Source: the human T2T-CHM13v2.0 reference genome, Homo sapiens
Length of the DNA: 64,000 bases
Direction: 5' to 3' (one strand)
Assembly (NCBI RefSeq): GCF_009914755.1
Contig: NC_060926.1
Shown in pieces: positions 41,430 through 57,387 of this stretch. Numbering within the stretch: position 1 is the stretch's first letter; every line of letters starts with the position of its first letter. Below the pieces are notes generated by a model. It made no database searches. It had not been told where the DNA came from and was given only the letters and a program-made list of their open reading frames with translations. The position numbers and the translations under genes were made by a program.

Positions 41430-41755
41430 AGTTGGGCGTGGTGGCTCATGCCTGTAATCCTAGCACTTTGGGAGGTTGAGGTGGGTGGACCACCTGGGTT
41501 CAGGAGTTTGAGACCAGCCTGACCAACATGGTGAAACCCCATCCATACTAAAAATACAAAATTAGCCAGGCATGGTGGCACACACCTGTAATTCCAGCTA
41601 CTTGGGAGGCTGAGGCAGGAGAATCGCTTGAACCTGGGGGTGGAGGTTGCAGTCAGCCAAGATCCAGCCATCGCACTCCAGCCTGGGCAACAAGAGTGAA
41701 ACTCCATCTCAAAAATAAATAAATAAATAAGTAAATAAATGTAAAAATATAAAGT
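41430..41755 (+). mobile_element. AluS (Sp/Sq-like) with (AAAT)n tail and TSD
   Basis: Full dimer with 'cctgaccaacatgg' and 'gggcaacaagagtgaaactcc'. TSD AAAAT(G/A)TTTACC at 41418-41429 and 41756-41767. Confidence 0.95.
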
Positions 41756-42904
41756 AAAATATTTACCTCTTTAATGTGGTAAATTCCATTTACATATTTT
41801 TTAATATTAAGCTACAATTGCCTTACTGGGATAATCCCAAGTTATTCAGGATATATGATCATTTTTACATTTTTATATATTAGGATTGCTAATATTTTGT
41901 TTAGGATTTTTGGACTTGATGGTTGGTGTTTGAAATTGATTTATTTTTGTTTACTTGTTAGTTTTGAAATCAAGGCTATGCTGATTTTATAAATTAAGTT
42001 GGAGAATATACTTAATTTTAAATTTTTTGTAAGAGTTTGTATAAGCTTTGTTTTCTATTGCTCTTACATGGTTAATTTAATCATCTAAGATTAAATTAAT
42101 CTGATGGCATCTGGCTCCAGATTTTTGGATTCTATTTCTTTGGTTTGGGATTACTCAATTTTCATTTTCTTCGTGTGTCAGTTTTGAAAATGTATTTACT
42201 AGGAATTTGTCTATTTGCTTCTTAAAAATTCTTCAGTTCTCTTTTATCTGCTTAATTTAGCCATTTCAGCTTCTTTAATGTTTGTATATATCTTTTTATA
42301 GTATACATTTAAGTATTTGCATATTATATTATTTTTGTTTTTATTTCAATCTACTTCTTATCAAATTTGGTTTAAAGTGTCTTTTGGCAGCTGTTTGGCC
42401 CATTTAAATTTACTGTAATTATTGGTATATTTAGGTCTAAATATACTATCTTGCTAAATGCTTTATATTTTTTGTACCTGCCAAATATTTCTCTTTCTCT
42501 TCTTTCCTATCTTTTGGAATGATTAAGGATTTCCTTTATATTAGTCCCTTTTCCTTTTATGAGTCTAGAAAGTATATACTATTTTTCTCTTTTTTAGCAG
42601 ATACTCTGGAAATCATAACACATAAACTTATCAGCATCTAAAACTGATAATTTTATTTTCATTCCAAACAATGGAAGAAACTTAGAACACGTTAATTCAA
42701 TTGACTGTGTTTGTTGTTTGTAATGCTGTTGAACCTATGTGTGTGAGTGTATGCAAGCCTCTAACAGCTTCATTATTGTTTTATCTACTATTGATGATTA
42801 CTTAGATTTACCCACATATTTACCACATCACTTTCCTTGAATTCTTATAGCATCTCTGACTTTTAATTCAGGATCACTTTTTTCCTTCTGAGGATCACAC
42901 TTTA

Positions 42905-42985
42905 TTTTTTATTTTTAAAATTATTATTATTATTACTATTTAATTGACCATGCGAGAACTGGAGTCAGCACTCAAATCAGTCTCC
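42905..42985 (-). mobile_element. 81-bp retroposed fragment with A-rich tail and 14-bp TSD
   Basis: Perfect direct repeat AGGATCACACTTTA at 42891-42904 and 42986-42999. Minus strand reads GGAGACTGATTTGAGTGCTGACTCCAGTTCTCGCATGGTCA-ATTAAA-TAG(TAA)5TTTT-AAAAATAAAAAA. Confidence 0.8.
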
Positions 42986-44102
42986 AGGATCACACTTTAG
43001 AATGTCTTACTCTCAGTTTGTGTGAACAATCTCAGTTTCTTTACATTCAAAAATGTCTTTATTTCACTCTTAATCTTAAAGAATATGTTTCTCAACATAC
43101 AATTTTAGTTATGTAATTATTTATTCCAGCATACAGAAAATTGTATTTTAATGTCATCCCATTACCATATTGCTCTTGAAAAGTCATTGCCAACATAACT
43201 GTTACTCCTTTTTATGTAATTATTTCTCATCAATACTGCTTTTGATCCCTGTTTTTTTTTTTTTTTTTTTTTTTAGTTGATAGGTTCATGTAGTTTATCA
43301 GTTTTTTAAGACAAAATTGTTAGGGATTACATGTTTAAATTGCTTTTGTCCTGTGCTTTTTCTCCTCTATTTTGGGGTCTTCTGTTTTACATATACTACA
43401 ACTTCTCACAGTATCCTTTATGTTTCTGAACCTCCTCCTTTTCCATCATTTTGACATTTCTTTTACTATTTTTAATAACTACTTCTGTCTGATTTTATGG
43501 GTTCCTAATTTGCTCTCTGGATATGTATATATATTCTGTTAAAACCATCCACTTAGTTCTTAATTTCATTTATTTTTCTATTCTAGAATTTCACATTTGT
43601 TTCTTTTCAAACTTGCCATAGCAATTTTTATAGTTTCAAGTTTCCTGCCAAAAATTTAAGGTTGGATTTTATTTACTCAAATTTGGTAAGCATAGTTTTA
43701 CTGTCTGGAGTTGATAATGTCAACAGCTTAGGAGACTCTACGTATCTGTGCTATCTGTAGATTCTGTTGGTTTCACTTGTGTTTTATTGTCTTCTTGCAC
43801 AGCACCCCACTGCTTATTTTACCAAATTAAAAATAGTCTGCCTGAATTTTATGATCTTTTATAATCTGTTTCTGCACTACTCATTCAATTCTGTTTGTCA
43901 CTATTAACCACCACATACTTTCCAATCCAGTTAATTCAATATGCATCATTACTGTCTCTGTATTTTCCTTATGCTATTAATCATCACTGATGTTATCTAT
44001 GCACCTCCTCTGGAGCTAAGTCCTACTCATCTTCCAGAGCTCACTTTTCACACTTGTTCCTTGTAAAGCCCAGTGCAACTATTCCAACCCATAACGTTCC
44101 CA

Positions 44103-44670
44103 TGTATGTCAGGACTGTTTCCATGGCAAGCCACAGAAACTCAGCCGAAGCAAAATGGAGAATTTATTGGCACTGCTGTATTTTTCAGGCTCTGCTGGAT
44201 CCATTGATTTGATGTCATTAATTCTTCTTTATTCTTTTCCCATTTAAAAAATCTTTCTTCTTCTTTCCATGTGATGACCTCTTGCAGCTCCAGGCTTATA
44301 TTTTATTTTCTTTTCTTTTATTATTATTATACTTTAAGTTTTAGGGTACATGTGCACAACGTGCAGGTTTGTTACATATGCATACATGTGCCATGCTGGT
44401 GTGCTGCACCAAATTGTAATTCCACTGGAAAAAGAAATTTTCTCCATCATTAGCACAAAAATCATTTTATAATTGACTTATATTTGCCTGTACTAGGGTC
44501 ATATTCCTGTCATTGTTGCTGGAATAATTGAATATGGTCACTTCTGGGTCATGCACCCCTCTGGCACATAGGCTGAGATGATGCGAATTATAATTCTGCA
44601 AAGGAAAATAAAGATACTCTTAAAAGGAAGGAAGATACGTGATTTTCAGAAAAAGCAGTGAGGTTCATCA
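44103..44670 (-). mobile_element. Old MLT1 (K/L-like) LTR, interrupted by an L1PA tip
   Basis: 'gtcaggactgtttccatggcaagccacagaaactca...gaatttattggc', 'gcagctccaggctta', 'ctgggtcatgcacccct', 'caaaggaaaat'. Confidence 0.55.
44305..44410 (-). mobile_element. Extreme 3' tip of a young L1PA (about PA2-PA4), ~85 bp plus tail
   Basis: 'ttattatactttaagttttagggtacatgtgcacaacgtgcaggtttgttacatatgcatacatgtgccatgctggtgtgctgcacc' is nearly identical to the antisense young L1PA 3' end. Confidence 0.92.
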
Positions 44671-44879
44671 TATATCCCACCTTTGGGCATTCTGAAGTGA
44701 TAGTCACTAGAAATATTGCATTTACTTATGTTTTAATGAATATATATATTCATATATATTTGCTTCATCTTCCCAATTAAATATATCTTTTAAAATATAT
44801 TAACGGGTTTTATAAATCTTTTCTATCTCTCATGGTGTCTTTTTATTAGAGCTTATAAAGCATATTCATACTCACTTCT

Positions 44880-45260
44880 CTCTTTTTCTTTTTTTGGACA
44901 CATGCAAATACTTTCTTCCTTGCGGTTAGGTGGGTGTTATGTAAAAAATTGTGGCCAATGGGCCCTGAAAGGAAGGGAACTGTGTTACCTTTCATCTGAA
45001 GCAGTTAAGGTGTAGATATGTATCCTATATACTTTCTGTTCCAGTGATGTGGCAAATTCTGATGTCACTACTTGATATAGCAGCATTATAAAGTGATGCA
45101 GATTTTGTCAGCCTGGAGTTCTAAGTGACTGTGGAGCAGTCTCCTGCCAACTTTTATTAGATATATAGTATGGGCAAGAAATGCAAGTTTGTTTTATTAA
45201 ACCATAAAAAATTTGGGATTACTTTGTTTCTACATCATGTCCTAGCCACTCATAAATAAT
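44880..45260 (+). mobile_element. MLT1 (I/J-like) LTR
   Basis: 'ccttgcggttagg...tgtggccaatgg', 'tcagcctggagttctaagtgactgtggagcag', 'tgggcaagaaat...aaaccat..atttggga...tttgtt'. Confidence 0.6.
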
Positions 45261-45344
45261 TTTTGAGTAATCAAGGCCATGCACTAAGTACTGTTTATGA
45301 GAGAGTTGCTATTTGAGCATTACGTTTTTAATCATATGTCTTTG

Positions 45345-45545
45345 TAAAGCTTTGGAGTTTTAAGGTGTTTTCTCATATATTGTCATCTGGTTTTCACAAC
45401 AATTATATGAGGTAGGTAAAGGTTTTATTTTCTCTGTTTTGCAGGTTAATAAAATATATCTCAGATCTGTTAAGTGACATACTCAAGAACACACTCATAT
45501 GAGACAAAGCTAGGACCTAAATATTCCAAGTTCAAGTCTGGAGTT
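45345..45545 (-). mobile_element. MIR SINE
   Basis: 'ttcacaacaattatatgaggtaggt...tctctgttttgcag...ctcaga...gttaagtgacatactcaagaacacac'. Confidence 0.65.
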
Positions 45546-46491
45546 TACATAGTCTAGATTTATAGCAAGTCACAAATTTAAAGCGTTTTTGCTTCACTGA
45601 ATATCAATATGTCTTACCACCAAAAGTCAATTTTGTAATAATAATTTATATTACATAAAAGAAAGTTATTTTTACATTATGTTTCCTGTCTTCTGGAACC
45701 TAGTATCCATATTCAGGAACTGTACAATCTCAGGGGGATTATATAATTAATGAATTGTGCATTTCACTATTTAATATATATGAGTATCTTTTCCTTCTTT
45801 CAGACTTTTTTACATGACTGTGTATCGTAACAGATTTAAAATACTTCTGTATGTTGTAACTAAACTCAACTAGCTGATGAGTTCTCTGTGGGATAAAAAA
45901 AAAAAAAAGTAAACCTGCCCCTTCAAGCTATCTCAGTCATAGTCTGTTTTAAATGTTATCAGTTCAGAATTTAAACTTAGTACAGTGAACATTCTGGCTT
46001 CTACTGCCTCTCTTTCTCATGTGGGGGTGATCTATATAGGAGGGTGGTGACTGGGTTTACATCCCATCCTTCATCAGGACCCTGGAAGGGGCAGGAGGGA
46101 GCCTGGTCTCAGTGTGGACCTGGGTCCCTGCTGACCTTTGCCTTCTTCTATATGGTCTATGGTCATGCTGTGTTGGCACCTGCTTTTGGTGTCCATAGTC
46201 CTTTTCATGGTCCTGGTCATAATATAAACTACTCTTGTCCACCATATTCCCACTGCAATTCTTTTTTCTCCAGCCTTCTCAAAACTTCTCTGCCTGAGCA
46301 TGGGAGAGAATTGCAGGGAGGAGGCTTCGGAAGAGTTTAGGAATTCTTTGCTGCTTTCCTAGCCCCAAATAGGCTTCTGTAAGGCTGCCCTCAGGTCCAT
46401 GTGGAGAGATACCTCCCTCAACCACTAAATTCGGTGTTTAGCTTCTCTAAGCAACTTAGACTTTCTATACCCTAGGTTTCATTTATATTAA

Positions 46492-46818
<327 letters not shown>

Positions 46819-49800
46819 TTTCCCTTGTATTTATTCCAATTTTTGGCTTTTATCGCAAGACTGTGCCTTACACACTTCTGTATTAAGGTCCTAGTAAAAT
46901 GCATAGTAGCTACTTAGTTAACGTGTGCTGGATAACAATAGTTTGGATGAGTTAATTGTACCTTCCTGTACTATGTCTAAATCTACTGATTCTTCCAAAT
47001 GTCTTCAAAATTGGTAAGCATCAAGTAAACGATCAGAAATGTTTACTGATTTATTGGTATGTTAATTATAATTCTTTTGAGCACAAGGAATAGGAAGATG
47101 ACTTGAGCTGTATTAGACAGAAGAGAGGTATTTGAAGGACACTGGAGTACCTAATGTAACTCTGAGACCAGCAAGGGTCCAGTGAGCTCTCAGAGTTAAT
47201 GGATACACAACACTGTGAATGCTTTCAGGACACTCTCTATTCTGTGCTACAAACACTGGCTTCTGTCTTTCAGTCCATCTGGCAGGAAACAAAACCACTG
47301 AATTCCAAGCGTCACATATCACAACCTGACCAGCAACTTACTACTCTCCATATGTTGTTTATTTTTAAAGAATCTTTTGTACTTTCAGATCTAGCTCGAC
47401 CTGTCTTAGGTCAGATACTTGCCTCAGAACCAGTTAATGCGGATGGTAGATTATTATTACTGGCTTGATGAGAACCAAAAAGGTATCTGGTTTTCTCTTC
47501 AATGAGGTATCCCTGAATGAACAAATGATAACTGTACTGTATCCCTTGTATGTTTGAATATGTTGGTATGATTGAATAATCTGATTAACTTAAGAAGTGA
47601 AAGACGTGTCCAAGTTCATATGGCAATATCATTTAAGCTTAGCAGTTTTTTTGAATCATTTTATTTCCTCACATAGATCCAACTTCATTACGCACTTTAT
47701 GAAAATATTCTTTTAATACATGGAGATAATAACTGAAATGATTACTATCCATTAATATGGATTAATAAGGCAGATCTAAATTAAACCATAAGAATTTAGT
47801 TTGAAATGCATTCAGAGTGATTTCCTTTAGTTTTGAAGCTTTTGCAATTCCCCACCAGACCCTCCTTTTTGGATAAATGCCCAAAATACTATCTATCTTT
47901 TGGTTCATTTAAGTAAGTTGATGGCAAATGAGTATTCCATTGGCATATGTTGCAAAAACATCTTTCCTGCTGTTCATGGGCTTAATTTTCCCACCATGTA
48001 CCTCAGTATTCTAAATGCATAATGCTTCACAGGACACAAAATGAAGCAGCTAGTCCCATTTAAATATTATGGCACAATCTTCTTTGAACTCTTAAAGCAT
48101 CATGTTGTAGCATACCACTTTTCATGAGGTCTGTATATTTAAATTATTTATAAAGGATTTAAAATGAGATTGTTGTTGGTTAATCAGTTTCAGCTGGGTT
48201 GACATTACCCTTGTTGGCAGCTAAAAAGATGGAGGGATAGAGAAAAGAGTATAAATATGTTGAGGGAAAGAACTATGTGAAAATCAAGGAAATCACTCCA
48301 ATGCCCATGTACTACATAAGAGCCTAAACTGTTTTTCTTTACGTATTTTGAGATAAGGCATTTATTTTTTATTTTCCTATGAAAAATAAGATAGAAATAT
48401 TTTGTGTTGGGTGTTTGAATTTGTCATCAAATATTTTATTCCTTATTTTTACAGTGATATTTAATGTTGGGTCTAATAGACGGAATGCTTTAAAATAGTT
48501 TTACATATAGAAAGCTTATAAAATCTGGTATCAATGAGTAAGTCATACCTTAAATACTTTCAAATAGTTTCATGCAATAGATAATTAAGCTGTTTAATAA
48601 TGTAAAATTTAAACTCATCAAAGTTTAAAAAACTAGCCATAAATGTCTGTGAGGTTATGAACTTTCAATCTCATTCAGGGCTAAGACCGTGCACAGTAAT
48701 CCCCAAACAAGGTAGTTTTTACTAAGATACGTGTTGTGATCTTGTAAATTGCTGAAGCAGGATATATGTATGTATGTACACAGGCATGTATATACACATC
48801 AGCAAATATATGTCATACATGCATGAAGACATATAAATATCTATATCTGTATTCAATGTTAACTGTGCCTCAGCACCCTTTAGCAGTCCACCAAAGGTAT
48901 CAAAACATTGTCCATTTCTTCCTAAAATTGTGAAATACAAGCAATTATCCATTAAATGTGAAAAACCAAGTGGGAAGGTTGAAATGGAGACTGCTAGTCA
49001 CTTAAGGATTCCCTGAGAAGAGTGATAATACAGTGAGGGTATCATAACTCAAGGACTATTTCCTAAGATAAGATATTGGGATTTTATTAAGGGTAGTATG
49101 CAGTTTTATTGTATCAAATTTATAAATATACCTTAAAAATCGAAAATCATATTTTGTACCCCTTTGATAGTAACTAGTGTTATACCACAACCACATGTAA
49201 TTGTCATTGTCACATAATATTAGAATGATTTATGGGGTATTAATTACTTGGTTCCTAACAATTATCAGTGAAGTTTTAAGAATCTGGTTAGATATTTCTA
49301 TATTTTTCAATTACCATTGGTCTCTAGAATATGTAAGCCAAAAAATTACAGGTAATTGCTTCACATGTCCTTAGAGTTAAAAAATTATGGCATAAAGGAA
49401 AAAGAAAACTTTCCCTGTTGTTGGAATTAGACCATATTTCATTTTTCAATTCAGTGTATTTTTCATCAATATTCCTTTCCAAAACTTGAGTGTGATTGTT
49501 TTTGTACTTTATTTTAGTGAAATGCTAATTAGAAGTGTTATAGCTAATCGATGCCATCAAAATAGTTCTTTTAAATAACCAGGACATGAACTCTTTAACA
49601 AGATTCAGTCAGTTCTATTTATAGTTCCCCTAAGCTATGAACTATTTGTACACCCATGTTTCTGCATAATGACTTTTCAGTGTGGTTTCAGTAATCATTC
49701 CAGAAGGCACAATCTCAAAATATCTATATGCATAAAGAATATATTTAAAATAAAGGCTAAATTGGCTGGCCATGCATTAAACCATTTGTCTGTGAAATCG

Positions 49801-51737
49801 TTTTGTGAACTATCTCCAAACAGGAGATGTTCCAGCTGAGTGTAGGACATAGCAAACATTTTTTTTTTTTTTTTTTTTTGCTTACCATATTATATCACCA
49901 TAACTTCTTTTGGAAACACTTCTTCCTCTATGTGTCCTCTTAAACACTTCTTCCTTCTTTCTCTAAGATGGCAAGCCATTTTGAGAATTTGGACTTTATT
50001 TAGCCCACACAGGAGTAGAAGAAGAGATAGGCTCACTCTCAAACTACTTGACTTTAAATACTTAATAGCTGAAATGAGAGGCACTGGTGATTTTGTGAAG
50101 AAAGTATGTTAGCACCAGATTCCCTCAATGTTAAAAGATGAGGGGTGCAGAGAGTGAATAATGTAGGCTTCCCTGGAAGAACACTTGTCCCCTATGTTTC
50201 TGAATGAGAAGCTGTTCTCTCTCTCTCTCTTTTTTAAGGCTTTGGAAGGAAAGGCATTTAAAAGAGCCATATTTTTAGTTTCAAAACAAAAATAATTCAT
50301 TTCTTTTGAGCTTTTCTTTAATCAAGAACATGCGTGAAATCTTTTCACATAAATGAATAATGCTTTTATAATTAACCTGGTCTTTTATAAGACAATATCA
50401 AAATAAGTATGTTGTGCTGCTAACTGCTGTCTTTCTATCTTTGTGAGTGTGAAGAGACATCAGATTTAGACTTATTCATGATTTCAGACCTCTAGTAATA
50501 GAGAAGAATCTTCATTATATACTTAATTTTAAAATATGCTCCCTTTTCTCCACTCAAATACCATCCATTTCTCAAATTATTAGAGTCAGATCGGCTAAAA
50601 TATTCATTGTGATTATTGTATGACTTTTTTTTTTCTAAATTTTAGGGCAAGCATGTTCCCTGACATTAATCTCTATCCAATATTTACCATAGAAAAGAGA
50701 ATTAGTAGCTTAATTATAACTGTTTCTTAGTAATTTTTATTTACTAGCTTCTGCTGTTAATGTGCTTTTAGAAAATAAAAATGTAATTCTACAAACTTGA
50801 CTGTTTCCTGATGTTTATTTATTTTTATTTTTTATTATATTTTATTTTATTTTTAATCATGGATGGAGGATCCCAGTCACCCATATCACAGGTCTTAATT
50901 CAGGTACGGGATATAAGTGTTGGGTAATTTTTCTTGCTGCCATGAAATAGTTTTTATATGTCTGTTCTTATATCTGCTATATATATGAACATACATACTT
51001 TTAAGTAGTGCATGAAGATAAAAATTTTAGGTGTGTTGAAAAATATAATTTACTTTTAGGTGTGGCATATTTACAGCCTCTAAACGGAGGTACCTACACT
51101 GTCTCTTCTAGATAAAAAGTGAGTTATATACTCTGCCATTCAATAAGTACACCTATTTTACTTATATAAGCACATGACATCATCATTTAAACCAAACCGA
51201 TTTCTAAGCACCACAGCTGTTACTAGTTATTTAGAAGTCTAATTTGAGCAGAATGTGTCACGCCAACTTTGCACACACGCGCTCACACAGGCAGTATTCA
51301 CATTAAAACTTTCACCTCTATTAAATAGCAACAGTTCTTCAAAAATTCCAACACTCTACTCTTAACAACTAAATAAAATATGTGTCTTTGAGGAGTAATA
51401 TGCCTATTTTATTTTTATTCCTTGAGGCAAATCTTGTATTGAGTGGTGCAATTTTGTTTCACTGCTGTCACTTTAATCAGTTCTCAAAGATGCATGTGAC
51501 ACTGGGTGGGTTTAGTCTTCCAACCTCATTGTTTCACTCCTCTGAATTCAGGGCAAATCTCTGTGACTTTTGTTTTCAATGGAGGTCACACATATATAGC
51601 CATCAACATTGAAATAGCATTTTCTCATGCAAACAGAAGCTTTAATAGCCTCTACAAGGGATTGCTCCTTAGGGAGAGTAAATTCAAAATGGCACAAGCC
51701 ATCTGTTGTGGTGGGATTTTTAAGTTTCCTTGTGCAG

Positions 51738-51742
<5 letters not shown>

Positions 51743-51783
<41 letters not shown>
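51743..51783. repeat. (CT)n microsatellite, about 20 units
   Basis: Pure CT run read directly. Confidence 0.95.
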
Positions 51784-51786
<3 letters not shown>

Positions 51787-52269
51787 TTTGGTTGTATAAA
51801 ATGACGGCTTTATAATCCATTCTTAAATTTCAAGTTGACTAACTCATAAAAATAATAGCAGGTCCACAGACCATTGTAGATAGGTGCACTGTATGACCAG
51901 AGTAACTGAAAAAATCAAATTTGCATTATGGAGTCCAACAGTCAATTCAGTGTTTACTGAAAAATACTCCCTGTTGCTCTGGCCATGGAGTGCTTTGGGA
52001 GATGATAGGAAAGCTGTGGGTGGGCCCAGATAGGTGACTGTGCCATGAACCACTTATTTGTGTGTACCTCTGAAGCCTGACTTCAGAAGGCTTTTTGTTG
52101 AGCTGAAATTAATATGAAAAGCATTTTTTAGAACAAAGAATGTTCTTTGGGTTGAACTTGAATATTTCCCAGAAGTCCAGAGGGCAGAATTGGTGAAAGG
52201 AGATTTTTAAATCCCCAAATCCAGAGAGTGCACTATTAACTTTTACAATACTAGAAAAATTGTAAGTAA

Positions 52270-52400
52270 GTTAGTATCTGTTTTCACTAATAGATTGTAA
52301 GCTTAATGCAAGTAGACACTGCCTCTTTCATTCTATGCCCTAATCTCTAGCAGAGTACCTGGTACATACTAAGTGCTGAGTCAATATTTGTGTAAAGGAA
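52270..52400 (+). mobile_element. L2 3' terminus
   Basis: 'tagattgtaagctt...ctagcagagtacctggtacatactaagtgctgagtcaatatttgt'. Confidence 0.6.
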
Positions 52401-53314
52401 GAAAAAAGAAAGAAAGGTGGGAAGGCAGGGAGGATGGGAGAAAGGGGGAAAAATAAAATTAACCATGAAAAGTGAAAAGCTCCAAGTTCTTGAAGAAGCA
52501 TTGAACCTTATAGGTTACCAACTCTAAATGAAAATACTAAAAGAATGGTTTAAGAATAAAATCTACAAATTATGAAAAATGTTTTTAAAATGAAATATCA
52601 ACCCGATACTAAGCTATTCTAGCTACCATACAGAATTGGCCTCCAGATATGACATCCTTACTTTGAGTTTAGAATTGCGTGGGTTTTGAATAATTTAAAA
52701 CCTCAGCTAGTCTAAGAAGATCATACTCATAATAGACTGAGGGTGAATAATGCTTTGGGCAAAAGTATGATTCCTCCTGTTTTAATAATTTTTATGTCAC
52801 AATGAGGAATCCAGTAGTCAGCAGTAGCTCTCAAACTTTACTCAAGAATGAATTCTGGACTGTGTCTAATTCAATTTTCTAGACTGCTTTTTGCTATATT
52901 CAGATTAATTTGTAGTAATTAAGATTTGCAGGATGATGACAAAGAATGTTAAATAGGACCATATGAACAATGATGTGCATTTCTGTACAAGGACAATATT
53001 TTCCCTGTGACACATGCCTTAATTTCCCTGTTTTGTTTCACTCCATGAGCATAAGACCTAGAAATTACAGGCTATGTAAGCAGAATAGGGTGTATAAAAG
53101 GAGATTGTGGTGAGTAATCATGGAAAGACAGACAGAGGCCAATATGTTGATGTTTCACTTTGTGGTCCCTTGGTTAGTTTTCTACGTTCTATCTTGTTTT
53201 CACCTGGTTTAAGTCAGACTAGCATTGAAGCCCCACCTCACCGTCACCTGGTGTTATTCCATTTCTCTGGACTAAAATAATACAACATAAATCTTAAAAG
53301 AATGAAAGAAAGAG

Positions 53315-53785
53315 ACAGGAAGTAGCACCAGAGCCTAGGACACAGATTTCCAGACTCCCAGGCTAGTAATCTTGGACATAGGGAGACCATTTCTTGTCAT
53401 TGTATCATCTTTTTTTTTTTTTTTGAGACCGAGTCTCACTGTGTCACCCAGGCTGGAGTGCAGTGGCGTGATCTCGCTCACTGCAACTTCTCCCAGGTTC
53501 AAGCGATTCTCCTGCCTCAGCCTTCTGAGTAGCTGGGATTACAGGTGCCTGCCACCACGTCCAGCTAATTTTTTGTATTTTTAGTAGAGACGGGGTTTCA
53601 CCATGTTGGCCAGGCTAGTCTTGAACTCCTGACCTCGTGATCTGCCCGCCTCAGCCTCCCAAAGTGCTGGGATTACAGGCATGAGCCAACGCGTCATCTT
53701 TCACCTTAGTTTTCTCATTTGTAAAATGAAGTGCAGGACCAAATTACACCCAGGATCACTTTATGCTTCCAAGAACTATGATCAA
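53315..53785 (+). mobile_element. MIR (MIR3-like) fragment split by an Alu
   Basis: MIR core 'ccttagttttctcatttgtaaaatgaag' directly after the Alu; weaker MIR 5' similarity before it. Confidence 0.5.
53413..53693 (-). mobile_element. AluS (Sg-like), slightly 5'-truncated
   Basis: Dimer with 'gacctcgtgatc'. TSD TCATCTTT at 53405-53412 and 53694-53701. Confidence 0.93.
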
Positions 53786-54029
53786 AGATAAAATTGTTTG
53801 ACGGGTTCGATAGAAACATAAGGTTTTCCACCTGACATTGACTGGAAAGTGATTAAACAGTAATTCCTGGAGAAACTGTTACATAGGTGCTGTTTAATGA
53901 AAATACATAGGTATTGCTTATATAGAGACTCTCATTCATTATTTTAATTAATTTCATTCACAAAAAGACTGATTCAATTAAAGGCAGGTGAACACTACAT
54001 GATTATTTGTTTCAGTCTATTTCCTTCCA

Positions 54030-54495
54030 GCTATGCTAGTTGCCCAGCACAGTCTATTCTCTCCATCTCATTGAAAAATATATTTGGCTGGGCACATGAT
54101 TGACCCACCGTAGACTGTATTTCCTGGACTTTGCTGCAGCGTCGGCTCATGGGACTCAGTTCTTGCCAATGGAATGTGAACTAAAATGGTGTGTACAGCT
54201 ACTATGACACTCACTTAAAAGGAATTTATTGTACCCCCTTCATTTTTTACTTTCATCTCATGAGTTAGAATAAAGATGTGACCATGACCCAACTTAAGCA
54301 AATAACAACAATGCCCTAGAAAATTCAGGAGTAACAGATGGAAGTAAATGGAGTCCTGAATGACCTGCAGCAGACTGGTGCCACCAGCTGGAACTTCCCA
54401 TCCCCATCTATTTCTAGACAGATACTTGAGAGAGAAATACAACTCTTATCCTTCTCGATTCACTATTTCGGATCCATCTGTTACCTGACTGAAGG
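54030..54495 (+). mobile_element. MLT1J-like LTR
   Basis: 'gctgggcacatg...agactgtatttcc...gactcagttcttgccaatggaatgtgaa...ggagtcctgaatgac...tgagagagaaatacaact'. Confidence 0.65.
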
Positions 54496-54682
54496 CATGT
54501 TCTTCTCAGCAGGAGCTGGGTGCAGTCACCACAGCGGTAGACAGAACACTAAAATTTGAGAGAGGCACTGACTCTACTGCCCTTCCACAGCTGGTGTGCC
54601 CAAAGCTACATTACGTCATGAAAATCTTAATTCTTAAAGACTAGGCCTTGAGCAAATGCAAAAGCAACGTATAAAATAAGCC

Positions 54683-57372
<2,690 letters not shown>

Positions 57373-57387
57373 AAATTAAGCCCTTAT

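Noticed and set aside
44736-44753. 18-bp perfect palindrome ATGAATATATATATTCAT
   Set aside because: It is built on a self-complementary (AT)n core, so it carries little information.
50813-50910. T-rich tract followed by unique sequence as another mini-retrocopy
   Set aside because: I found no flanking direct repeat.
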